This document shows, piece after piece, positions 19,255 to 28,912 of a DNA stretch of 64,000 bases (position 1 is its first letter; every line of letters begins with the position of its first letter). The notes under the pieces are model-generated. The model did no database searches, had not been told where the DNA came from, and was given only the letters and a program-made list of their open reading frames with translations. Both the position numbers and the translations under genes were made by a program. The stretch covers positions 1 through 64,000 of IMG/VR virus record IMGVR_UViG_3300045988_147821; one strand, given 5' to 3'. This stretch comes from a virus.

Positions 19255-22200
19255 TTATTGATTTTCTGCCGCAACAACATTATTTATTGCAGCCCCCGTC
19301 ATTGCCATATTCTTACGTTTTAAGGCTTTTGTATTTTCATCTATTGCAGATTTCAATCCGAAGAACGCCCTTACTGCATCCATCTGTTCCTGTGACAAAC
19401 TCCATACACCCGGATTCGTTGTTGCTGGACCATCATATACATTTCTGTCATAACGTCCAACCTTATCTTCAACCGCATTGGCAATCTCCTGACCTGTTCC
19501 TATATCCGGCTTAACGGCTTCATAAAGTTTTTCAAGGAGTTCCTTTATAGAACCAAGAGTTTCTTCCGTAGCCATTCCACCAATCTTGTTTTTCCAGTTA
19601 TCCATCAACTGTTCAACAGGTCCGACAGTCCTTTGTGCGGCTTCACGTTCATATTGCATGGTACCGGGTTCCGCTTCCTTCAATTCCCCCATCCGTTTCA
19701 TGATGGAATCAAATAGGGTGTTGAGGTCATACCATTGCCCTGTCCTTTGCTCTTCGGGTATCATCTGCCGTGATTCATCCATCAGTTCCTTGATATCGGT
19801 ATCACTAAGGCCTGTGAATATATTAGGAAGGATTTCACGCATTTTGTTGTACCCGCTCTCACCTGTTCCCAACTGTTCCTGGAAATTGGACAGAAGCCTT
19901 CTTATGACTTCGGGCTGTCGTGACAAATCATCGGCTATAACACGCACATCGGCAAGCGTATTTACTTCGGGATGCGTTTCAACGATGGCACGTTGCAAAT
20001 AAGCCTGTGCAACATCGTTCTGTGATATGCCCTGTCCTGCAAGTGCCTTGGATATTCTGTCACCCTGTTCTCCTACAAAACCCCTTTCACGTACTATGCC
20101 CTGTATGGCTGCGATTGCGGCTGCATCCGTTTCGCCTGTACGGGATAATACGTCACGGGAAATATCCGTGAATGTCTGAATGTGTTCGTCAAGGGTAGAA
20201 GCTATCTGTTCAAACGGAGTAGCAACTTTCGCCATTGCCTGTTCAAATGAACGTATGATAACGGATGAAGCATGTACCATATTATCTTCGGTAGATGCAA
20301 AACGCATAACTCCCTGTAATTGGTCTACGCTTTGCAATCCATATAGGCGTTCTGCGGCCATCAATGATTCCGCTTCACGTTGACCGTATTGGATATCACC
20401 TGTCTGTGACGTTCCTATCACACCGCCAGAAGCACGCAACAACCCTGCACGTCTGTTCATATATTCGTCAACAGTCATGCCAAGACTTGAAGCCGCATAA
20501 CTTCCCTCACTATATCCTCTTCTGATTGATTGCGTGATGGAATCCTGTGTTGTTTGTGACCATGCAAGAACATTTTGCTCCATTTCCTGCACCCTGTCTA
20601 TGATAGTCAGAAAACGGTCTGCCGCCACTTCTCCTTCAACATCCTTTCTTCTTCCCAGCCATTCACCGACAAAAGGAATCCATCTTACCTTATCGCCCTC
20701 ATTCTGTGCTTCAACCCTCATTCTTTGGGCTGTCATTTGGATAGGGTTATCCCATGTGGAACGCATGTCGTATTCGTAATTACGTATATCACGCTGTTTG
20801 AATACCTCCCATGCGTTTTTAAGTGAATCAATGGCGAATTGGGCAACCATTGAAGCTATGTTTCCGCCAAGTACCCCTTTAAATACCGATTTGCCGATAC
20901 TTCCTGTATCACCATCGGGAACGTTCACTCCTGCCCCCACATTGGTATCACCTATCCTGTCACCCAAATCATCTATGGCATCCAATTCAGCTTGCCGCCA
21001 ATCATCCAATCTCTGTGACTGCGATACGATGGCACCGTAGATTGATTCTAGTTTCGCATTACCCTGTTGTATTACGGGGCGTATCTTTGACGTGACTTCC
21101 GACAGGGATTGAAGCATACCAACCATCCTGTCACCTACCGCTGTAATTATCTCACCGTTCTTTTCAATAGAGGATATAATGCCACTATCATCGTAGGAAT
21201 TGATAGAAGACGTGTTACTATCGTCTGTCCTATTAAATTCAGGTGATGATACGGGTTCAGCCTTCATATCCTCATTCACCCTGCTTACATTGCGGACAGT
21301 TTCGTTTATGTTTTCCGTGTTCCTGTCTATGTTACGGGTTGATTCGGCTATATGCTCAATAGTAGAGGAATTATTCGTTTCGGTATGTGAATTGTCAACT
21401 GTTTCACGGGCATTGTTGACATTCCGTTCTACATTGGTTTCGTTAACGACTTCGGTACGAACATTATGTTCACCCCTAATGGTTTCACCCCCTGTATCAG
21501 AAACATTTGTTACCTCTTGTGATTGGGAAGAAATAGGTGTGATATCATCATCTTTTAAATCATCAACCGTTCTTGATATGGAATCAATCTTTTTACTGTC
21601 ACCCGTAAGACCTGCTGCTGCACGTCTTGGCATCAACTTTCTTTCAAAATCAATTTGTTCCTGTACAGGATCGGTAGAAGTACGGGCATTATTACGTGAT
21701 TTTCCGTTGTCAGCTATTTCACGTAATATATCGCTATAATCAGGTACTTGAATAGGGTTAACTTCCTGCACGGGAAGTGGTATCGGAAATCCTGCGGAAA
21801 CACCTTCTGTATCAACAGGAGTTGACGGTGGCGGTGTCACGGGCTGCCCGTCAACATCGAACTCGATTGCTTCCGTTTTCGGTTTCCTCTTTCTTTTTGG
21901 TTTCTGTTCAACAGGCGGTTCAACGGTCCATTCAAGACTTTGAACGTTCCCATCATCATCGTAAATGACTTTCGGCTGTCCGGGGGCCGGCTTTTCCTCT
22001 GTACGGTTGGGAGTGGGAGGGATTGCGCCACCCATTTGTCTGCGTGCATCCGTCTGTCGCTTCAATTCTTCCTCAAAAGAATCCGCCATATCGGAAACAA
22101 GCTGGCGGATGTTATCTACGGCAATCTGCCTGGAATCCTGTATCACATCATCGGAAACATCAGGCATGACCTGTACACGTTTTGCTCCCGTATAACTGGA

Positions 22201-22407
22201 ACGGATATCCCCTATCAGTTTGTCAAGACTTGACTTCTGATTAATGACCTGCAATTGTTCACGCAATTTTTCAAGAGCCTTTTCCTGCTGTTCCGAAAGC
22301 TGCTGTGAACCTCCTATCAGATCCCTGTACATGGCAAGACCTTCCTCCCTTAACTGCCGTAGCCCGGAACCATCTGCCTTTATTCTTATTTCCTTTTCAA
22401 TTGCCAT
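19255..22407 (-). CDS. tail tape measure protein (1050 aa)
   Basis: Largest ORF of the tail block, directly after two small chaperone-sized ORFs and downstream of sheath/tube. Long helical and low-complexity regions. Confidence 0.75.
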   Translation of the reverse strand: MAIEKEIRIKADGSGLRQLREEGLAMYRDLIGGSQQLSEQQEKALEKLREQLQVINQKSSLDKLIGDIRSSYTGAKRVQVMPDVSDDVIQDSRQIAVDNIRQLVSDMADSFEEELKRQTDARRQMGGAIPPTPNRTEEKPAPGQPKVIYDDDGNVQSLEWTVEPPVEQKPKRKRKPKTEAIEFDVDGQPVTPPPSTPVDTEGVSAGFPIPLPVQEVNPIQVPDYSDILREIADNGKSRNNARTSTDPVQEQIDFERKLMPRRAAAGLTGDSKKIDSISRTVDDLKDDDITPISSQSQEVTNVSDTGGETIRGEHNVRTEVVNETNVERNVNNARETVDNSHTETNNSSTIEHIAESTRNIDRNTENINETVRNVSRVNEDMKAEPVSSPEFNRTDDSNTSSINSYDDSGIISSIEKNGEIITAVGDRMVGMLQSLSEVTSKIRPVIQQGNAKLESIYGAIVSQSQRLDDWRQAELDAIDDLGDRIGDTNVGAGVNVPDGDTGSIGKSVFKGVLGGNIASMVAQFAIDSLKNAWEVFKQRDIRNYEYDMRSTWDNPIQMTAQRMRVEAQNEGDKVRWIPFVGEWLGRRKDVEGEVAADRFLTIIDRVQEMEQNVLAWSQTTQDSITQSIRRGYSEGSYAASSLGMTVDEYMNRRAGLLRASGGVIGTSQTGDIQYGQREAESLMAAERLYGLQSVDQLQGVMRFASTEDNMVHASSVIIRSFEQAMAKVATPFEQIASTLDEHIQTFTDISRDVLSRTGETDAAAIAAIQGIVRERGFVGEQGDRISKALAGQGISQNDVAQAYLQRAIVETHPEVNTLADVRVIADDLSRQPEVIRRLLSNFQEQLGTGESGYNKMREILPNIFTGLSDTDIKELMDESRQMIPEEQRTGQWYDLNTLFDSIMKRMGELKEAEPGTMQYEREAAQRTVGPVEQLMDNWKNKIGGMATEETLGSIKELLEKLYEAVKPDIGTGQEIANAVEDKVGRYDRNVYDGPATTNPGVWSLSQEQMDAVRAFFGLKSAIDENTKALKRKNMAMTGAAINNVVAAENQ

Positions 22408-22411
22408 AGCG

Positions 22412-22798
22412 TTAATTCTCTATGTTTTCTTCCTTACTTCCTTGTTCTTTGGCGGCTTCCTCTTCCTCTTTCATTATCCTGTATATCTCTTCACGGAACA
22501 TCGCCATATCATTCTTGGTTATTTCCTGAATCTCACCTCCTGTCGCTTCAAAGTCAGACATCAACCAATCACCCGTATTAGGAATGTATTCCACTTTCTT
22601 GTCCTCATTGTCACCTTTCCTTAATTCCGAAAAGAGCATATCCTCTTCATATTCCATCATGGAAGCGAAAAAGGACATGCTCTTATGTTCCTCCGAAAGA
22701 AAGGCTATGTTATGTTTCTTGCGGACATATCTGTCATAAGGAAAGCGAGTGTTCCAACGGATGATAAAATCTTTCAATTCATCCTTGGTATTCGCCAT
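22412..22798 (-). CDS. tail assembly chaperone candidate (128 aa, acidic C-terminus)
   Basis: Second of two small ORFs immediately upstream of the tape measure, with a 4-nt gap to it. Confidence 0.5.
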   Translation of the reverse strand: MANTKDELKDFIIRWNTRFPYDRYVRKKHNIAFLSEEHKSMSFFASMMEYEEDMLFSELRKGDNEDKKVEYIPNTGDWLMSDFEATGGEIQEITKNDMAMFREEIYRIMKEEEEAAKEQGSKEENIEN

Positions 22799-22803
22799 AG
22801 GAA

Positions 22804-23145
22804 TCAGTTTTCTGTGTCTGACAACAGATCAAATCCCTCCTTAATGAACGGGAATATCTCTTTCATGTATATGTCACGCAATTCCTTGAAATCAGCAAAC
22901 CCAAGTTCACTTATGGGAACCTTGATATCGTCTATAAGTTTCGGACAGATTACCGTCAGCGTAGCTTCAATATCAATCACATCAAGTGCCATTTGGGCCA
23001 TCTTGGTACGGTTTGACAGCATGGTGTTATAGTAACCACGTCCTAATGCCTGTTTGTTGGTTTCAATACGGTAGAACTCTCCTACATTAGGAAATTTTAC
23101 CGTATATTCCTTTCCTTTGATTTTTACAATCTTGGTTTCTTCCAT
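22804..23145 (-). CDS. tail assembly chaperone candidate (113 aa)
   Basis: The track ORF starts at TTG 23154. The first ATG (23145) lies 35 nt downstream of a TATATTTG box. Confidence 0.5.
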   Translation of the reverse strand: MEETKIVKIKGKEYTVKFPNVGEFYRIETNKQALGRGYYNTMLSNRTKMAQMALDVIDIEATLTVICPKLIDDIKVPISELGFADFKELRDIYMKEIFPFIKEGFDLLSDTEN

Positions 23146-23179
23146 TTTGTTCAATTATTATAAGGTTATTAATATAGGA

Positions 23180-23187
23180 CAAATATA
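23180..23187 (-). promoter_or_regulatory. Bacteroides-type -7 box TATATTTG
   Basis: Exact TAnnTTTG on the minus strand upstream of ATG 23145. It restarts tail-gene transcription after the KilA/HNH island. Confidence 0.55.
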
Positions 23188-23228
23188 CGAAATGGCAGTC
23201 GGTTTCACAACTGCCATTCGATTGTACC

Positions 23229-24119
23229 CTAGAATGTCTTGAAGTTATCAGGATTTACATCGGTTACATACTTCTCGGAATGGTTCCTTATGATACGCAT
23301 CAGAATGCGATACAATCCCTTGTCGGTTACATATACGATAGGTTTGTCCTTGTAATGTTCATACTCTCGTGAACCATTGTCGGAATACATTTTCAACACG
23401 AACCACCCATAGTTTATATATTCCTGGTATGGCATCAGGTCAGAATCAAGAATTTCTTCATCCTGTAACAGTTCATATAGTCTGTTCCTTCCCAATAGGG
23501 AATTATTGGAACGGAAACGGATATTCAATATTCCGGCAATGAATTTCATCTTATACATCCCCTTTGTTTGACGGGTAGCAACACGTTCTACAAATTCAAG
23601 ATTAGGGATATGAGATACAAGTTCCTCCGTTATCTCTTTGGAATCTTTCTTCCACATATCAGATTCAAGTTGCAACAACTTCTTTTCTTCCTGCATCTTT
23701 TTCTGTTCCTGAATCCATGCTTCGGCACGGGCGATCGGATCTTCTATCATATAGGAAGGAGATTGGTTGATTTCAACTTTTCCGTTCAATAGGAGTTCCT
23801 TAATTCTGTCATTACACCATATCGCAAATTCTGGGCTTAACCAACGGGCAAATTCCATAGCCACATCTTCGTGCATCCATGTACCTTGCTGAAATGAACC
23901 ACTATTCCCTTTGGCTGTTACCACTAAATTAGTGATATCCGATTTTCGGACTTCACAAAGTGATGAAAGAAAGGTCTTTGTAGATGGAAGTTCCAACCAC
24001 TTTGCTGGCCGTTTACCAAATGGTTTCGCCATTTCTGTGGCATTAATCATTGTAGATTTCCCTGTATTAAATGTTACAGGATAGTTGTTGTACTGGAAAA
24101 TTTTAATACCTTTGTCCAT
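23229..24119 (-). CDS. KilA-N domain / KilAC (antirepressor-type) domain protein (296 aa)
   Basis: N-terminus: INATEMAKPFGKRPAKWLELPSTKTF...GNSGSFQQGTWMHEDVAMEFARWLSPEFAIWCNDRI (KilA-N pattern). C-terminus: LGRNRLYELLQDEEILD...PYQEYINYGWF (KilAC/ANT-like). Confidence 0.8.
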   Translation of the reverse strand: MDKGIKIFQYNNYPVTFNTGKSTMINATEMAKPFGKRPAKWLELPSTKTFLSSLCEVRKSDITNLVVTAKGNSGSFQQGTWMHEDVAMEFARWLSPEFAIWCNDRIKELLLNGKVEINQSPSYMIEDPIARAEAWIQEQKKMQEEKKLLQLESDMWKKDSKEITEELVSHIPNLEFVERVATRQTKGMYKMKFIAGILNIRFRSNNSLLGRNRLYELLQDEEILDSDLMPYQEYINYGWFVLKMYSDNGSREYEHYKDKPIVYVTDKGLYRILMRIIRNHSEKYVTDVNPDNFKTF

Positions 24120-24161
24120 GATTTTATAATTAAAGGGTTAAACGAATTGTTTTAAAATTAC

Positions 24162-24193
24162 AGCCTTGTTGTGAAACAAGGCTTTTGCTTTTT
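24162..24193. terminator. bidirectional-looking stem-loop
   Basis: AGCCTTGTT gtga AACAAGGCT, flanked by TTTGCTTTTT on plus and TAATTTTAAAA on minus. Lies between the HNH and KilA genes. Confidence 0.5.
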
Positions 24194-24210
24194 AAAAAGC
24201 CGAAGATGTT

Positions 24211-24225
24211 ATTATTTCGGTTATT
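24211..24225 (-). promoter_or_regulatory. copy of the ATTATTTCGGTTATT motif (minus reading AATAACCGAAATAAT)
   Basis: 15-mer identical to the copies at 48324 and 48367, ~95 nt upstream of the KilA-N gene ATG. No TAnnTTTG box was found for that gene. Confidence 0.4.
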
Positions 24226-24311
24226 CATAATTGATAATGATCTTAAAATGATAAAATATAAAAAGTTTAAATTTTATTTCAATGATATGCTATGATTAAA
24301 TCAAAAGTTTA

Positions 24312-24346
24312 TATCTTTGCATCGGGAACTAATCAAGTTCCTTTTT
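24312..24346 (+). promoter_or_regulatory. plus-strand TATCTTTG box followed at once by a hairpin plus T5
   Basis: TATCTTTG (24312-24319), then GGAACT aatca AGTTCC TTTTT (24325-24346). Antisense to the HNH 3' region. Function unclear. Confidence 0.3.
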
Positions 24347-24362
24347 CAAAAATAGCTTTCAT

Positions 24363-24392
24363 AACCACCCAATTCGTGAGAACAGGGTGGTT
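24363..24392 (-). terminator. stem-loop 8 nt after the HNH stop
   Basis: AACCACCC (24363-24370) pairs with GGGTGGTT (24385-24392). The T-run CTATTTTTG lies a few nt downstream on minus. Confidence 0.45.
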
Positions 24393-24399
24393 GTTTATT

Positions 24400-25443
24400 T
24401 TATGATTTATGATATCGCTTCAAATCGTTTTTAGTAACTCCGGCAAGTTCTATGTCCTCATTAGGAATTCCCACTTCCTCTTTAATTGATTCAAGAAAAT
24501 CTCCCCATCCGTCAATAAGAGATTCTCTTTTTAGGAGATTATCTTCTTCCCACAAAGGACGGAAATTGCTGTAATGCCAACACACCATTCTATGATATTC
24601 GTCCGAATGATTGAATCTTGATTTAGGAAGTATATGGTCAAGATGCCATTTGCCTTTTCCAAATCCATGATTCTCCCATGTCATACCAGGAGTAAATTGC
24701 ATTTCAATCCATTCAACAAAATCAGAGCGTGAGCACCCTACATATCTTAGTATAGACGTTCCTTCCCCAGTCCCCTTTACCCATTTTACAAATGAAGTTG
24801 ATAAAGCAGCAGTCATTTTATATGCTGGATCTGTTTGACGTTTCTTTGCAGACCATTCATTCATCATTTTCTTGTAGGATTCCTTTCGCCGATAGGTTTT
24901 ATTATATTCATTTATACGTTGCTTAAATTTATCTGTTTGATGGTAAGCAGAATCTTGTTCATACTTACATCTTTTACATTTATAAGCATACCCTAATGGA
25001 TTGACCGATTCCTTATAGAAGAACTCTTTAGGAAGAATTTGTTCACACTCACAGCATTTAAGACATTCTTTGCCTTCTTCATTAATTATAAATTCTCTAG
25101 GAGGTCTTGGATGAGCAAGATTTTCTTGATAGTATTTACGTTGTTTTTCGGCCAACTTTTTTAATTTTTCGGGAGAATCCCTTCTTCTTTTTTCTTGCTC
25201 TCTTGCTTTTTCTCTCCCTTTTTCAGATTGATGATAACGTTTATATGCTTCTAACATTTTAGCATGACGCACAGGGTCATTTTTTACCGCTTCACGTTTA
25301 AGTTTACCACGTTCTCTTTCGCAATTTTTACAATTATTAGAAAGTCCATCGAATCTTGATGATTGCTTACCAAATTCACTGATAGGAAGTTCTCTTTTAC
25401 AACGAGAACATACTTTTGTTCCTTTTTCAAAGTCTGCTTTCAT
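24400..25443 (-). CDS. HNH homing-type endonuclease with N-terminal zinc-ribbon (347 aa)
   Basis: C-terminus KWHLDHILPKSRF...YSNFRPLWEEDNLLK gives the H-N-H motif. CSRCKRE..C..C and CLKCCECE..CKRC Cys clusters. Own promoter and terminators. Confidence 0.8.
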   Translation of the reverse strand: MKADFEKGTKVCSRCKRELPISEFGKQSSRFDGLSNNCKNCERERGKLKREAVKNDPVRHAKMLEAYKRYHQSEKGREKAREQEKRRRDSPEKLKKLAEKQRKYYQENLAHPRPPREFIINEEGKECLKCCECEQILPKEFFYKESVNPLGYAYKCKRCKYEQDSAYHQTDKFKQRINEYNKTYRRKESYKKMMNEWSAKKRQTDPAYKMTAALSTSFVKWVKGTGEGTSILRYVGCSRSDFVEWIEMQFTPGMTWENHGFGKGKWHLDHILPKSRFNHSDEYHRMVCWHYSNFRPLWEEDNLLKRESLIDGWGDFLESIKEEVGIPNEDIELAGVTKNDLKRYHKS

Positions 25444-25470
25444 TATTTTGTATTTTTAAATTTTACACTG

Positions 25471-25478
25471 CAAAGGTA
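25471..25478 (-). promoter_or_regulatory. Bacteroides-type -7 box TACCTTTG
   Basis: Exact TAnnTTTG on minus, 28 nt upstream of the HNH ATG 25443. Same box sequence as in the three cassettes. Confidence 0.55.
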
Positions 25479-25552
25479 AGTATGAACAATCACTTATCCA
25501 AATATTGTTATTACATTAACTGTTTTTAACCAATAACCACAATATTTTATGA

Positions 25553-25585
25553 TAAAAATAAGGACTTACAATTTTTGTAAGTCCT
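25553..25585 (-). terminator. rho-independent terminator after the tail tube gene
   Basis: AGGACTTACA (25561-25570) pairs with TGTAAGTCCT (25576-25585), followed on minus by TATTTTTAT. Confidence 0.7.
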
Positions 25586-25604
25586 TGATTATCAGTGATT
25601 TAAA

Positions 25605-26114
25605 TTACTCATTTGAGTTATTTATCGTTGAAATTGGGTTCAAGTACAGGCCCGTAACATTATAGCCAGCTAATCCGCCCTCTGCCAATGAAAACGATTG
25701 GTTATTTACAAAACACGGATTCAACATTACGATTGTCTTACCCGTTTCGTTAACCTGTGTAACCATCTTGGTTGTTGCATCCTGTTGAGCGATTTTCTTC
25801 TTGTACACTTCAAGAGCAAAACCGAGTTCTCCCAATGTAAGGGTGTCAATGATAGCCTGTACAGAACCAAGTCTGTGAAGCATACCTTCCATTACGGGAG
25901 TATTCAAATCAATGAAATACTGATCAACGGTAAATGTACATTGATAGCCAACGGGCGGAACTTCTTGAAGAATAAGACTTCCCAATCCCTGTACGTTTGC
26001 ACGCTGAACAGTTTCCTGCCATTGCAGGTTACGAACGAAACCTGCAATCTGATTGTCAATTCTGATATATGCTTGTGGTGCAGTAAATACCTGCCCTACT
26101 GTTGCTTTTGGCAT
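25605..26114 (-). CDS. tail tube protein (169 aa)
   Basis: Size and position immediately downstream (18 nt) of the sheath gene. Followed by a strong terminator. Confidence 0.6.
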   Translation of the reverse strand: MPKATVGQVFTAPQAYIRIDNQIAGFVRNLQWQETVQRANVQGLGSLILQEVPPVGYQCTFTVDQYFIDLNTPVMEGMLHRLGSVQAIIDTLTLGELGFALEVYKKKIAQQDATTKMVTQVNETGKTIVMLNPCFVNNQSFSLAEGGLAGYNVTGLYLNPISTINNSNE

Positions 26115-26132
26115 AATTACATCTTTTTAGAG

Positions 26133-27761
26133 TTACGAGATCAAGTATCCTGTGAAGAATAACTTGTTAATTTCGTTGTTTACACGAATCTTGTAGGTCA
26201 CAAACCATGCTTCCCCCTGACGTGTTGCCGCAACATCTTGGAATCCAAGAATCAGATTATCCTGCTGTGTTGTTGCCACACGTGCCTGTAAATAGGCGAT
26301 AGTCCAGTTCTTGATTGCTCCTTCCGACAATGTGTTTGCATTGACACCGTTTTCATTGGCCAACAGGTCAAGTTCCGAATTGATAACCAATTCCTTGTTA
26401 ATCTGTGCCACAATACGCATGAACTGAATGGAGTAGGATTGTCCGCTTGTGTTGAACAATACATCGTTGTCCTGCAAAGTATTGATGCCCTGCAATACAA
26501 CGTATTTGTTTACGTATGTATTCCAGCGTGTAACCAATACACCATACTTGATAGCCTTTTCAGCTTCTGCATCACTGGGTGAGTGCATTAACTTGTCAAT
26601 ACCGATTGACTTGTTTGTTACAGGGATATAAGGTGCCTTTCCTGCTGTACGTCCTACGATTGCACATAAGTTGTACATTACACCGTACCAGCGCAAACGG
26701 TTGCCGAATGCCGACTGCATTCCTGCCGCGCCATGTACAAGACATACAGTATCGCTATTGAATCCTTGTGCCAACTTGCATGACTTATCAAAGTCTGCCT
26801 TGGAATCATATCCACCCACAAACAGGAAGTGAGTGAATTTTGCTTCTGTTGAGTTGTGCGCCATATAGGATTTAACCAGCGAACTATTTGCGTTGGTGCC
26901 AAACTGGTCAATAATACAGAAACTGTAATCCAACGGCTTGATTTGTTCCAATACGTCATTGAAATAATCTGCATTGAATGTTTCGGTACCGCCTGCTGCA
27001 AGGATGTAGGTTGAAGCATTCCATTTTTCAACATCCTCTTCCTGGATTGTTCCATCACCCTGCGGTTTTGAAGCGGAGTTCAATGTGAACACTTCCCCGA
27101 AGTCGCTTCCGTTCTGTGCCCAGTCAATCAGTTCGTTGATTGTGGATACTTCTGGTGACTGCAATACAAGTGTGGGATTTGCGGCTGATGCTACTGTGTC
27201 ACCCCATGGATAACCATCTTCCGCATTACCCGTATATGTTCCTCTCCAGAACTGTACGATGTATTTTGTAGGATCTTCCACGCCCGGAATACAATTCGCC
27301 CCGTAACCTGTGATAAGGTTGTCATCCTGCATCTTTCCGTTAGGATACAGACCTTCGTCCAGTGTGTCGACTGCGAATGTTCCGCCTGCCGTAGTTGTCA
27401 ATGTGATAGTTGCTGATGTAGTTTTTGCGGCACGCACATACATCAACTGTGAAACACCGTTTGCCTGTGAATTTGACGGATCGGGAGAAAACAGTTTTTC
27501 CGCCATTCTCCACCATGCCCCACCTTTTACAAAATCACGAAATTCTGATATTGTAGAGAATGAATAGATGGATTCTTGACCTTGAAAATTCTGCCCGTCA
27601 ATACCACTACCACCGCCAAATCCTGCTCCGAAAACACCTGTGTCGATGATCAGCACGGTTCCAAAATCTGATACCCGTGGGGGCTGTGATTCACCGCTTA
27701 TGATGCGTGAATATGCTCCAGGGAGTGTGATTTTTCTATTGTTCCAGTAAATACTAGCCAT
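26133..27761 (-). CDS. contractile tail sheath protein (542 aa)
   Basis: N-terminus ..ITLPGAYSRIISGES...GTVLIIDTG.. resembles the sheath family N-terminus. Size and sheath-tube gene order support the call. Confidence 0.7.
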   Translation of the reverse strand: MASIYWNNRKITLPGAYSRIISGESQPPRVSDFGTVLIIDTGVFGAGFGGGSGIDGQNFQGQESIYSFSTISEFRDFVKGGAWWRMAEKLFSPDPSNSQANGVSQLMYVRAAKTTSATITLTTTAGGTFAVDTLDEGLYPNGKMQDDNLITGYGANCIPGVEDPTKYIVQFWRGTYTGNAEDGYPWGDTVASAANPTLVLQSPEVSTINELIDWAQNGSDFGEVFTLNSASKPQGDGTIQEEDVEKWNASTYILAAGGTETFNADYFNDVLEQIKPLDYSFCIIDQFGTNANSSLVKSYMAHNSTEAKFTHFLFVGGYDSKADFDKSCKLAQGFNSDTVCLVHGAAGMQSAFGNRLRWYGVMYNLCAIVGRTAGKAPYIPVTNKSIGIDKLMHSPSDAEAEKAIKYGVLVTRWNTYVNKYVVLQGINTLQDNDVLFNTSGQSYSIQFMRIVAQINKELVINSELDLLANENGVNANTLSEGAIKNWTIAYLQARVATTQQDNLILGFQDVAATRQGEAWFVTYKIRVNNEINKLFFTGYLIS

Positions 27762-27858
27762 AGTTGTATAATTTGTTTGTATTCTAACTTTTTCAATAAA
27801 CGCCCAACTTTAGACTTTATCTGCCATAAAGTTAAGCGTTTAATGTTTTCTTTCAAAA

Positions 27859-28524
27859 TTATTTCAATGAAACGGCAGGAACTTCAATCTTCTCTACAAT
27901 CAGATTGAAGTCAGAATCCATTACATACATTGAAACCTCTCCCGTGAAGTTTTCTACAAGTCCAAGGTCATTATGCAATGAAACGGAAGTCCAGTCACCG
28001 TTACCGCGTTTCATGATAAGTGATTTCCTTCCAGGAAGAACAACCCCCACTTTGCTCATTTCAGCTTCATTCAATGTAACTTCGGGAGAAAATGATACCT
28101 GAATAGGAACACGGTTTTTCTTTTGTTCATCCAAAGCTACGGTTGATTCAAATGTAGCAATAACCCAAGGCAAACCATATCCGGCAGCTTCCTCATCTTT
28201 CCAAGGATATTGTGCTACATATTCGGCAGGCATATTGGCTTCATAGCTTGCCTTATTTGTAACAGCCTTCAATGTGAATCCCGTTATCTTGTTTGCAGGA
28301 GTAGGGGTGAGAAGTTTTGCAATACCTTCGTTGAACTCCTGTTGTGTACCACCATATCCGGCAGCTTCCACATCCATGTATGTGCCTTTTTGCAAACGGT
28401 CAATCAGTTCCTGATTGGTATAAGGCAGTTCTGCCACCAATAATGGATCTACTGCCGGATCTGCAACAGGCTGCACCTTTTCTTCTGCCTGCGTCATTGC
28501 TTTTGTTTTCTTTGTTGTTGACAT
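27859..28524 (-). CDS. hypothetical virion/neck-region protein (221 aa)
   Basis: ATG ORF between the neck genes and the sheath. No motif recognised. Confidence 0.55.
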   Translation of the reverse strand: MSTTKKTKAMTQAEEKVQPVADPAVDPLLVAELPYTNQELIDRLQKGTYMDVEAAGYGGTQQEFNEGIAKLLTPTPANKITGFTLKAVTNKASYEANMPAEYVAQYPWKDEEAAGYGLPWVIATFESTVALDEQKKNRVPIQVSFSPEVTLNEAEMSKVGVVLPGRKSLIMKRGNGDWTSVSLHNDLGLVENFTGEVSMYVMDSDFNLIVEKIEVPAVSLK

Positions 28525-28553
28525 AATTTCTAATTTTTAGATCAGATATATTC

Positions 28554-28865
28554 TTACTTCTGTCTTACGGCAACCATAAAACCATCGCTTGTTTCCACAA
28601 AACCATTTCCCTGTGTCTTTAATACAACAGGAACAAGAAGTTTCTTTGGTTTCGTGACCACAAATGCTTTCTCGTTAGTCTGCACCATGTAACCGTCTTT
28701 TGTTGCCAGGATACATCTCATAGTGCCGTATTTCTTATTCCATATTCCCGGATTAGGAGAGGAACCGGGTCCATAAGAACTTCCGCCCCCTGCACCTCTG
28801 AACGGCCCTTCGCTTCCTATCGCTCCGGCTATTCTTACATAAGTTCCTGGTAAAATAACTGCCAT
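28554..28865 (-). CDS. hypothetical protein (103 aa)
   Basis: ATG ORF in the head-tail joining region. Confidence 0.55.
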   Translation of the reverse strand: MAVILPGTYVRIAGAIGSEGPFRGAGGGSSYGPGSSPNPGIWNKKYGTMRCILATKDGYMVQTNEKAFVVTKPKKLLVPVVLKTQGNGFVETSDGFMVAVRQK

Positions 28866-28912
28866 AATATTTATAATTATTACTTTATCTTTCTGATTAT
28901 AAAGATAGGAAA

